In this document: positions 1-10,762 of the stretch, piece by piece | Numbering within the stretch: position 1 is the stretch's first letter | Layout: each line of letters starts with the position of its first letter | NCBI GenBank assembly: GCA_047495785.1 | Contig: JBLDXI010000015.1 | Location: 124,001 to 188,000 of the forward strand | Direction of reading: 5' to 3' | Origin: Lepidodermella squamata | Taxonomy: Eukaryota > Animalia > Gastrotricha | Length of the DNA: 64,000 bases | Notes under the pieces: generated by a model | Databases searched by the model: none | What the model saw: only the letters and a program-made list of their open reading frames with translations | What the model was told of the DNA's origin: nothing | Translations under genes and position numbers: made by a program

Positions 1-350
1 AATCAATCAAACCTTTAACCCCAGTCGGTCATTCAAATTTTAAAACCACCAGAAATTCCGAAAAAAATTGTTACAGAATTACATCTTGTCCTTAAAATTC
101 TCAAGCACTCTTGCAAAAAACGCAATTCTCGATAACGCAAGAAATTTCAGGTCAAAGATTTCATATTTCCTAGCTTGGCAGCGAAAATAATGCATGAACT
201 TGTCAGTTCCGAGGCATTGTTTTTAAAATCAAGTCCACAACTAAGTAAACTAAGTAATTTTTCTTACAGTGAACTTGAATACTTATCAATTTTAGTATGG
301 AAGACCATGAATTTCATATCCGAGCCTGGTAAGAATTGAGTAAAACAAAC

Positions 351-1799
351 CTTATACTGAAATAGCGATGCGAATTCGTCTCGAGTATGTCGAGAGTGCG
401 CTTTCGTCAACCACTCCGAAGGCAAATGACGATAGTGCCGCTGGACCTCCGTCAACAGCATATCTGGCGCATACACCATGTTCTCATCCGGCAGCACCGC
501 CCCGGCTATGGTCGCAATGAGACCCAGCGCAGTCATGAAAGCCAACATGCCGTCAACGCGCAGAACGTCGTTGTCAATCAGAGTTAGAACTAGCAGAACC
601 GCTAGGATGGAAGATGCGAAGAAAAGAAGGCCGCGACACGCGATTATGACCAAAGGATGAGGGGCGAATGACGCCATGTAGGACCTGGCATGGTCGTAGG
701 CCCGCGACAACCTCGCATCCAACTGATGGTCCAGTTCGTTGAACAAACGGCCGTACAACCTGCCGTAGACTGACCACCGCCTCGCCCCTAACCACGTTGG
801 ATCTTTACGGATCAGCGTTGTATAAGACAGGAACAAATACAGCATCTGCCATATGAAAATGATGGGTAGAAACAAGAGATTGATTGCGCCAAGAACTGCG
901 GCTCTCTGCCTGAGCTGCGACGCTAGTTTCTCTCGATTCTCCATCCGACGATAATCATCCCTCAAATGCCAATTCGTGTCGAACGGCGAGTAAGGGCCTC
1001 GCCAGAACAACACAATCTCCAGGCATGTCTGAAGCCCTGTTGATACGTAGTAACTCGGCCCTACGCAGGCTATGTTCAATTTGAGAGGTAACAGCGGTTC
1101 AGGACTTCGATAAACCATTGCAGCCATGTAGTTGTTGAACCGCAATATCCTTTGACAAATATCAAGTTCTGTTAACGAAGATTTGTGCACGCATAACTCG
1201 ACTTCTTGCTGCACTTGAATGATACGTGGAAGAATATCCTTATTCCAAGTCATATCAGGCAATTCAGCATCTTTGATATTCAGCACTTGGATGTAAAACC
1301 GGCCTACTTCCCAGTTCTTCGAGGCTGAATGCACAATTTTCACCAGCCAAAACAGCCAGAAGAACAGCGCAATCGTCACCGAGGCAATCCAGAAGTTAGA
1401 CGTATTCGAAATACATTGATTAAGGGGAACAACTGTATCGGGTATAGAAACTCTTGTATAATGAAACGTATAGGTCCCATTCGTGCCATTCTCGATTTGA
1501 TCCTCGATCCAGTGGAACAACTGCTCGTATTTCACGCAGTTGGACAGATACATCGAAAAGACAACAACAAACATATATTGCATTAGCTTCAGACAGTCTT
1601 CGCATAGAATCGCTAGAAAACCGTGCCGTTGATGATATCTGTAGACGCGTTTAAAAAAATCGTCTAGATCACTAATTTGAGACCATTGCCCCTTGCCGGA
1701 GCGACGCCCGGTCTCCACAAAGACCGGCGGCACATTCTCAGTGCCCAACTCATCATCAGGCGGATGCTCTGGTAAGGCCCAATATCCAGAGCGTGACAT
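351..1799 (-). CDS. ATG9: Autophagy protein 9, first coding exon (gene continues left of the window)
   Basis: ATG9 motifs W-x-x-I-S-DLDDFFKRVYRYHQRHGF, LTELDICQRILRFNNY, LGARRWS, FNELDHQLDARL and FASLFQYK. GT donor follows position 351 on the minus strand. Confidence 0.95.
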
Positions 1800-2350
1800 T
1801 CATCTAATTATGTAAAAATAAGCTATATAAGTAAAAAGAGCAGTAAGTTGACAGTAGAAATCTGAAATCGAGGCAATGCATCACTCAATGACTGTGACAG
1901 ACAGCATTCACACGAAACACCAAACTGAACTTGCACCAGTTTGGGCGGAACGTAGACGAACGTAAACAGGTGCAAACAGGTGCTGAAAAACAATGCTCAC
2001 AAGGGAAATTGAGAATGAATTGAAAACGAATCATTAATGTTTACATCCCAAACTCAAAGATAAGAGGAAGAAAGTCTGCCAGATAACAAGGCTTCACCAC
2101 TCACACTTCTGGCATTCTACCAAGAACTGCCGACCTGAAAAGAAGATTTGAGGACAAAGGCCTTTTGCACTCAAATCGAACTCGTGATTTTTTGAAAACA
2201 AAATCGCCGAATATGGCAAAATAAATTTTGGTGTTATTCAAGAGTTATTTGAAAATATGATAAAATTTATTAATGTCAAAATTTATTAATTGCGAAAAGT
2301 TTTCAATGCTGAATGCTGATGGCCCTTCGTCATTCCGGTGTGCGCGATTT

Positions 2351-2492
2351 GCTCTGAGAGCATGCCTAAAAGCGCGCGCACATGGAGCATGCTCTGAGAG
2401 CTGTTGCTCTGAGGGTGCGTGCTCTTAGAGCATGCTCTCAGGGCACGACTAATTCCACGCATAAAGATGCTCTTAGAGCGCGCTCTAAGAGC
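2351..2492. repeat. Left subterminal array of palindromic GCTCT-N-AGAGC motifs
   Basis: About 7 exact or near-exact copies. Confidence 0.85.
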
Positions 2493-2889
2493 AAGTAAGC
2501 CATTTTAACATTTACAGTGTCTGCGCGTCCCATTAATTTTCCATGTCAAACTGATTGCCTAATTATAATATGCTTATTTTAGGCCAAATTTTAGGAAGGG
2601 CTTTTTCATTTAACTTTGGCTCAAATTTGCGACAATGTACTATTGCGCCATCGACGTTTATTATAAGCATGCACTGAATAGTTACAATTCTAATAATCAA
2701 ATTCCGCGCGAAAGGCGAGCGCGCCGTCACGTTAGTCACTTTCGCCGTCGCAACGAGGCAACAATCAGTTGTGTGGTTAAAGGAGCTCATAGCACATATT
2801 CCCACATTTTACTTGGAACTATACGTGCTGGACCTGGTCGTTTTTCCTAACGAATTACTTATTCCATATTTTCTAGACTTGTTAAAAGC

Positions 2890-5634
2890 ATGAGCAATAA
2901 ACCAATGCCGACCGAGGAGAAGAAGCCGAATGTCAATCCACGTGTTATTCGAGAGGCCACCGAGGAGGCGAAGCGGCTGGTCTCGAAGCACGTGAAGAAA
3001 ACGGAACGGCTTGTCGAGTGCCGCGTAGTCGACTCCGATCTAGAGACTTTCCACAAGTCTCATGAAGCCGAGACGGAGCAGAATGCCGGATACACTATTA
3101 GCAAATTTGCAAAGCGCGATCTGAAATACGAGTCTGAAAAACTCATTCAGATAACCAAACGGTATTTAATGTTATATTTACTCCTTATAGCTCACTATTC
3201 TTGTCTATTTTAGTTGTATCGCTTCTGGCTATGAAGCCGGTGCGACCAATGTGCGAACTCAATATAAATGCCCTAAGTATATCCGTTACCATCTCACGGT
3301 ATACTGTGGAGTTAGGGTGGTTTCGATTGTTGAGTCGATCGCCGATCACAATGGTCATCCTCGTGCCGACGAGATGATGCGCTTTTACAAGCACTCTGGC
3401 GAATTGCAGAAGCAAATGGACGACATGCTTGCTTCAAGTAATGAGTTAACCTCGATGTCATATTTCAATAATCTGTTTCATTATTATTAGACGATGCGAA
3501 TTTGATCAAATCGCTGTCAACTAGAACGAAGCGCGCTGCAGTAGTGAAAGCTCCGGCTCCTTCGTTGGACAGCGATGCGGATCCTATTTGCCGTGATCGC
3601 AGACATGTTGCAGACGCAAAAGATTTTGTCAATCGGCAGCGGATCATTCGCCTTCGTGACCGCATTATTTACCACAATTTTGATCCCATCTCGGTTGGCA
3701 AAATGGTGGAAGAGTATCGGCACGAATTCGTCCTTTACGATGCTCCAACCTCGACCTCGCCTTTCAGATTGGTGCTGATGACAGAATGGCAGCAAGCGCT
3801 CATCCGTACTGATGCAATTCATGACATTCTGTTTGTAGACTCCACTTACAGCAATGTCACCCACCTGGGGTACGGTTTCTACACCGTCATGGCGATCTCC
3901 TCTCGCTACGACAAAGCTGTCCCTATCGCCTTTTTCGCCATCCAAAAGGACGACGCTGAAAATTTGAAGAAGTGCTTCGAGGCCTTCAAGATGACGTGTG
4001 ACCGCGTCTCCGAAAACCGGTTCCTTCCGCGGTAGATGAATTATAAAATCTCGCTATTTTGTTTACCTTTTTCCGATTTGTAGTTGTTTCATGATTGACA
4101 AAGATCGCAAATCAATCGATGCGATTGCAACGGTTTATGAAAACCTCGACCAGCCGAGCTTGCAACCAGCAATAATGATTTGCTGGTTCCATGTGCTCCA
4201 AGCGTTTCATCGGTACCTGAGTTCAGAAGAATCAGGGTGCCATGATTCGTCTGATGTGTCAACGGCTGTGCGAACCCGCGTGATTGATCTTGTGAGGCAG
4301 TTGAAGGCGGCTAAAACTGTGAGTTCACTCGTTCATTCAATTCATTCAACATTGATCTCTTTTCAACATTGATTTTTAGGAATCCGAGTTCCAGGCAATC
4401 TGGAACAAGAGGAAAGGGCAGTTCATGAAGCCGCTGCATGATTATCTGTGGACGTACTGGGTCAAACCCGAGATCGCAGTTATGTGGGCTGATTACGACC
4501 AGAAAAATTACAGCTTTCATCAAAGAACAAACAACATCGCTGAAAACTTTTTCTGGTAATTTTCATTATTATTATTTTATTGTTATTTTATTATTTTTAT
4601 AATATCGTAGGTTGTTAAAATGGTCCTATTTAAAAGGTAAGTCGAATCGTCGGGTTGACACCCTGTTCCACATCGTCCGAACGGTAATCATGCCAGCCTA
4701 TCGCCATCTATTTTGTCTCATGTTCGAAAATCGAAAAGTCGACCGGCTCAAAGTCACCGACTCTATGGCTGCTGATAAGCAGCTAAAAGTCCAAAACTTT
4801 TCGAAAGAATATGTGAAGTGGCTGGAATGCGGAATAGTCCATGTTGCCTCATTTACCGACCCCAAACATGTCTGGTATAAGGTATTTGAACAGTACAATT
4901 TTTTGGCCAATCTTTCATTTGATGTTTTCATTGCGTTATAGGTCAACGTCGTCGACAAAACTTGCCAATGCGAACGCAGCGGCAATGGCGTTGTCTGCAA
5001 GCATGTGCGTTACCTTGAAAAGGTAGATGGACAGAAAGTTGCGGAGCAGCAGCAACAACTCGCAGCACGTATTATTAATGAAAACTTGGTCGTGTTGTCA
5101 TCTAATGCTGAGCGGCGCGTGCTCCAAGTCACGTCGCCTGTCTCTAATACGACAGGAAACGTCGATCTAGTGACATTTCGTTGCTCTTGCTTTGCGGCCA
5201 GCTACAAACGTCACGAATGCGTTTGTGTCTCCGTCGCCCGGCTGTTGTATCCAGAAAACGCACCCCCGGAGCCGGAGATTACTGCCGTGTTCGTGTCAAA
5301 TCGCGCGCCATGCACTGACCGCGCTATCAAACCGCTGCATAAATGGCGGCGGAAGAAGCCGACTCGTCAGCCTGAGTATACCTGTGGAGAAGTTTTCACG
5401 CACTTCAAATTGGCGGCTGGTAAACGCCGGGCCCAGCGTCATTCGATTTCTCAGAAACTTGCCAAATTGACCCGGCCTAATTTGACGATGGTGGTGGATG
5501 GCGAATCGGCCAAAATGGTTGAAACTGTTTTCGTCGCCCCGATTCTTTCAAAAGCTGTGAAAAGATCAGCAACCGCCGATGACACCGATGACACCGATGC
5601 CCCCTCTACATCAAAGAGAGCGAAGAAAAACTAA
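2890..5634 (+). CDS. MULE transposase, 7 exons, about 803 aa, with two SWIM-like zinc fingers
   Basis: Exons 2890-3161, 3214-3437, 3491-4031, 4084-4318, 4380-4555, 4611-4881 and 4942-5634 join in frame through GT-AG introns of 52-61 nt. Motifs: DDE (FVDSTY / MIDKD / RTNNIAENFF), CWFH, and SWIM-like CQC...CKH and CSC...CVC. Confidence 0.9.
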
Positions 5635-6247
5635 CTCGATTTTTTTATACAATTTGCTGAATTTTTTCGTTTCGCTCAAGAATTGATTGATTGCTCAAGA
5701 ATAAATATTATGGCTTATCTCTAGAACAAGCGTTGTCTTTTTCCTCTTATTTTTGCATTTTTTTACGAATTTTATTGCCGCTTCCTGTTTCCTGTTTTAT
5801 TGCCAGCATCCGGTTATTATCTTCATCCTATTCATCCGTAGTTATATCCTACTTCCGGTCTCAGGTAGAAATGACACTTCCTGTATCCGGTCATCATCAA
5901 ACAAATGAGGTAATGATTAGGTGGTGAGCCACTCATAGAGCTGTTATAAATGCTCGATGGGTTAACACACAAGCCGCACAACTTTCCAGGGTCCGATCCA
6001 GGTACATCTAGGGTGCGCGCATCTTAGCTGACATGTGCGTGCACACGCGCGCGGCCGTCTTTATACGTGCTGTGCGCTCTCTTTAGGTGCGCACCGACAA
6101 GGCGGAAACCGCTATCGGTATTTTAGACAGGTGGTCTAACAGGTGTCGTGGATAGAATGAGACAGAAACGAGACAAACGTCAAAACTTCGATATTTACTT
6201 TGATAAAGCAACTAATTTTCGTTTAAAGTATCATCATCATCATCATC

Positions 6248-7234
6248 ATGGTTGTTGTTAAGCAATCAGATCGGCCGGATATTTCTGAAGTGCTGCACCT
6301 GGTGAGGAAGAATCCTGGTTGGCGGAAGGTGACTAACTTCACTCGTCATGGCAACAGCGCTGCGGTCGCTACGGTGAAGAAGCGGGTAATCGACGACTAC
6401 GCGGCAGATCCAAGATCTAGCTCTGTCCAGGTTGCTGAACTTCGTGACTTGCTAGATTCAGTGAAAGACAACGCTGAGCCGGCTCATCGCGAGCATGATT
6501 CTGCCATCGAACTGGCAAGCGTGCCAAAAGAACAACTCAGCCGGCTGTACTCGGCAGTCAAATATCAAATGTCCAACCATGGGACAAAGGTTCCGGCGTC
6601 ACAGTTGGGCTGCGGTGATTTAAGCCAAGCTTGCATCGACGATTGGTTCGCCAGTTTGCACGTAGTCTGTGAAACGATGAAACACATCTACAGCAGCGGT
6701 CGTCTGGCTGAAAACCTTCGCGATGGTTTGTCGCAGATTGTTGATGGGTTCGAGTCCCTCGTAACGAGTACTTTCGAAAACGTCACTATCGATTGGGCTA
6801 GGTGCGACCGGAGAATAGCGGCTGGCATTTCGGCGTTTGATGCCGCGACTGATGGCTTAAAAATCGGCGACCCGCAAGAAGAATCGACGCGTGATAGCAT
6901 CGTTTCAGTTAGTTCCGCGAAATCGTCTGTTAATCGATCTTCTTCGTCCGTCGAAGTTCCAACTCAACGCCTTCAACATTGTATAATTAAAGAGTTACCT
7001 GACGGTTTGTGGTCTTGTTTCTACGATAGCGCCTCCCCTTCCCACAGCAGCATAATTTCGTTCATTCAGAGTGCGAGAATAATTGAAACTCCACTGCATT
7101 TGTTATCCGACTTCCTTCTGCAAAATTCAGTAGCTCGATGTGACTTTATAATAGTGCGCAATAATTTGAATTCCTTCCATCAGCAGTCTCAAGGTTTTGT
7201 TAGCTCTAGCAGCGGAACATTAATGTCCATGTAA
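6248..7234 (+). CDS. Hypothetical 328-aa protein, second gene of the MULE
   Basis: Long intronless ATG ORF inside the TIRs, preceded by a (CAT)n run and followed by AATAAA. No domain recognised. Confidence 0.6.
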   Translation: MVVVKQSDRPDISEVLHLVRKNPGWRKVTNFTRHGNSAAVATVKKRVIDDYAADPRSSSVQVAELRDLLDSVKDNAEPAHREHDSAIELASVPKEQLSRLYSAVKYQMSNHGTKVPASQLGCGDLSQACIDDWFASLHVVCETMKHIYSSGRLAENLRDGLSQIVDGFESLVTSTFENVTIDWARCDRRIAAGISAFDAATDGLKIGDPQEESTRDSIVSVSSAKSSVNRSSSSVEVPTQRLQHCIIKELPDGLWSCFYDSASPSHSSIISFIQSARIIETPLHLLSDFLLQNSVARCDFIIVRNNLNSFHQQSQGFVSSSSGTLMSM

Positions 7235-7475
7235 ATAATAGCAATAAAAGGATAATCATTGATAATCGTTCACGAGGCAAACTGACTGCTCACAATGAAA
7301 AAGGAATGAAAAAGGAACGCAGAGCTGAAAATAAGGGAGCATGAAGTTGCGATAAAAATATTTCAAGATATAATTACAGCAATTATTAAACATACTAAAA
7401 GGTGTATTTATAAATAATAATATAAATGCTGATCCGAGCTAATATAAATGCGAACCCAAGGACTCAGTGTTGAAG

Positions 7476-7674
7476 CTCTTGCTCTGAGAGCGCGGGTCCT
7501 GAGGGCACAATTTCACTCGGCTGGGCGCAGTGCTCTGAGAGCATGCTCTTAGAGCTAAATTTCATTCGTTCATGGGTAGTGCTCTGAGAGCATGCTCTGA
7601 GAGCTGGCGCTCTGAGGGCGCGCGCTCTAAGAGCAAGCTCTGTATGCGCGCACATTTCACCGTGCTCTCAGATC
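7476..7674. repeat. Right subterminal array of palindromic GCTCT-N-AGAGC motifs
   Basis: About 8-9 exact or near-exact copies. Confidence 0.85.
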
Positions 7675-7849
7675 AAATCGTCCCCACCGGAATCTCGCAC
7701 GGCTGCTGATGCGCTAATGACGCGACATAACAGCAATTCGACCCCAACTGGTTCAGACAACATTTGAAGTTGAGCAATAATATTCTGTCAAACTGATAAA
7801 ACGGCTTTACGCTTGATATGTCGTCACTCATCTTCTTATCAACGAGCAA

Positions 7850-8932
7850 ATATATAAATAATAATAGTTTTATTTAGCCTCTCCCAGACTGCGCGTCATT
7901 ATACCGTTTCCGGTTTTGAAGAGGGCGAAGGCAGGCAAAGATTTAAAATTAATCCTTACCCACCCCCACAGTTGAAGATTCTGCTTTTTCCGAAAAATTC
8001 ATAATTATCAATCGAGTTAACAATCATGCGCCATTCATCTTTTTCAAAGGATGCGAGTTCAGCTAATTGTAAATCAGGAATAGTTTTAGTTTCAAATTTA
8101 TTTTCGCCGGGTTTTTTCTTATCACCTTTTTTCTTAGTAACCTTATCCTTTTTGTCTTTCTTAATGTTAGATTTTTTTTTCCGGCGTATTTCCTTAGTGA
8201 GTCCTACTTTAATCAAACTCCTATGCACTCCGTTAATCCACCTGGTCCGGGGTCTTCCTCTGGGTGCAAACCACCCGAACGGGGGCATCCAGGTATAAAT
8301 TTTATTTATTAGACCTTTTTCATCGTAATCACGTGATCTAACAATGTGTCCTAAATATCTTAAGCGTTGTTTTTCGACGATCCGACTCACTTCAATGAGC
8401 CCTCCGCACAGAGCCAGCCTTATATCGATATTTGGAATGTAGTCCATTAGGTGGACACCTACTATAGATCGAAGCCATCGATACTCTATTGTATTTAGCC
8501 TATTTTCTTGGACTAACGAGATGTTCCAGGATTCACAGGCGTAGATGATGGTAGGTATTATCACGCAAGTTAGGACCTTTAATTTTGTTGATATGGCGAC
8601 CTGATTCTTATTGCACATAAACTTATTCATTGCTCCGAATACACTACCAGCCTTAGAAATCCTATAATTTAGTTCCTCGTCAATTTTGCCATCGCTGGTT
8701 ATAATACTGCCTAAATATTTGAATTTGGTAACTTTTTCAAGTTTTTTACCATTTAGTTCTAATTCGTATTTGCAGGTTGCTGCCTCGTCCTTAGTGATAA
8801 TCATATATTGGGTTTTAGCAACGTTAATTTTTAGTCCTAATTCGGTGCATGCTAAGTCAAATATTTTTAGCAACCGTGAGATTTCGTCATGATTCATGCC
8901 CAATAGAGTTCCGTCGTCCGCGAATGCAAGCG
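7850..8932 (-). mobile_element. 5'-truncated RTE-like non-LTR retrotransposon (copy 1)
   Basis: RT C-terminal half: LAFADD, GLKINVAKT, FKYLGS, RLRYLGH, PRGRPRTRW. AT-rich tail. 14-bp TSD TTATCAACGAGCAA at 7836-7849 and 8933-8946. Confidence 0.92.
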
Positions 8933-8977
8933 TTATCAACGAGCAAGCGCAATCAATCCAAGGGCGGCCTCCAAAGC

Positions 8978-9466
8978 CAGCGCTTCTCAAACTGGTCGTT
9001 GGCGGGCCCTTGGACCTTTTTCCGTATGGGTTGCCGAGTAGTTGCAGCCGAGGGTCGCGGCGGTCGCCTGATGATTTTCGTAGAAAATTGCATTTGATTT
9101 CATAGAACTGGAAATTTGCGAAGATTTGGTTCATTTTTGGTTGCATTTCCATCAAAATCTTCAAAAATCGCGCTCCCACTTTGTTTGACGGAAAACCGGC
9201 ATAAAATTCGGTTAAGAACCCGGTTCATGGAAAGGTTGGAGATATTTCAGGAAAAACGGATGTTAATTTAGCATTTAGCGATACTTATTTTATAGCTTGA
9301 ACATCTCGGATTTCGGAGTTCGGAATTTTAGCATATTTCCCAACACTGAAAAACGCAAATTATTGTAACTGAAAAACGATAAAAATGAAGAAAAATTCCA
9401 GGGGTCGCAGCTCGATAAGTGTTGTCGATTTTGGTGTCGCCAAGGGTTAGGTGTTTAGAAGCTCTG
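8978..9466. mobile_element. Non-autonomous hAT-like element (MITE)
   Basis: Termini CAGCGCTTCTCAAAC and (reverse complement) CAGAGCTTCTAAAC. 8-bp TSD TCCAAAGC / TCCTAAGC (7 of 8 match). Confidence 0.7.
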
Positions 9467-10762
9467 TCCTAAGCGCTTGGAAATTGAGAGTTGAGAGCGT
9501 TTGAGACGTGACAAGCGATTTCGGCCCTATATATCTGTCTTCACAGTCGTTTGAAGAGGCAACAGCTGACGCACAACACCCAATTTTCAAATGACTGCGA
9601 ATATAGAGATAGGGCCAAAATCGATTGTCACTTGCCACTTCTCACTTCTCGACATCTGATTTCTCATCTGATGAGGAATTGAGATATTTTAAAGTTATCG
9701 GTCGACTTCCGTCACTCGCGGTGGAAAATTTTACGCCCAGGCTACCTGGATCCCCGGTGAATTTTTTATGAACAAAGGGCGACGGGAAATATCAACGTTC
9801 CACCGAAAACCGGGCGAGTTTTCGTTTGGCTGCTTACAGAAGAATGAATTTCCACGATGTGTTGACCATGGAAGAATAGAAGAACGAAGAACCGATGATT
9901 TACCTGTAGATGATTTACCTGATTAACCTATAAATTGTAGCGGGCCGAGGCGCACATCCACTCGAAGTTCACCGAACTTCGAAAACATCAAACAAGCCAC
10001 AGCACATGGCTAGCCAACACTGCAAATATATGCTAAACGCCTAACGAACTGCTGAAATAGGAAATCCTCCAGTGCAGGTGCGCACGACGATGTCGATCGT
10101 CAATCAGTCCAGAGTGTAGTGCGTAGTGAGATCAGAACACCGGCGATATCACTATTTCCAAAGAAAACTGGACGCTCTTATAGGCCGATGCGTTATTGTG
10201 AGCGCAAGGCCGGAAACATTTTCAAGTATAAAGCGAGCAAATACACCAGTCCCTATTATACCTTTTGGCCCCACGTAGCTGTACAGAAAGGGCTGTACCA
10301 AAAATGAAAGGCTAGAAATTAATCATCACCCTTGGGAGCTTTGGGTTCATTCATCTTTTCGCATGCCTGCAAAGCTTGCTCAGAAATTTCAGCGGCATTT
10401 CCTTCATGACGTCGCTACGGCTTTACTTTATACCGATTTCTTCATAACCTGCCTTACGGCATCTGTGGTCGCAAAATTATGTTTCCACTAAGTTGGGAAA
10501 GTGAAAATTTTCCATGTCAGCCTGCAGCACTCTTCTGTCACTGGAGCGCCGGCGATAACCTTTTTTTATTGATACCAAAGGTACTTTGTCGAGTGCGATG
10601 CGGCAACCGTAATTTACCAATCATATCAGCTCAAAGTCGACTTCAAGTCGATCGGTACAATTTTTTACTTCAAGCCATGCTGTACAATACATAATTATCA
10701 CAACAAATCGGTTTTATTTTACATGAGATGTAAGCAGCGTTCATAATGCAAATTTACTCTAA

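Larger units (their letters stand above)
2322..7703 (+). mobile_element. Complete Mutator-like (MULE) DNA transposon, about 5.4 kb, with two genes
   Basis: Imperfect ~40-bp TIRs (GCC..ATTCCGGTG....CGATTTG.TCTGAGAGCA). 8-bp TSD TGCTGATG at 2314-2321 and 7704-7711. Subterminal GCTCTNAGAGC arrays. Encloses a MULE transposase. Confidence 0.9.

Noticed and set aside
8933-9179. N-terminal extension of the 407-aa LINE ORF
   Set aside because: It lies outside the TSD and is chance read-through into flanking DNA and the hAT MITE.
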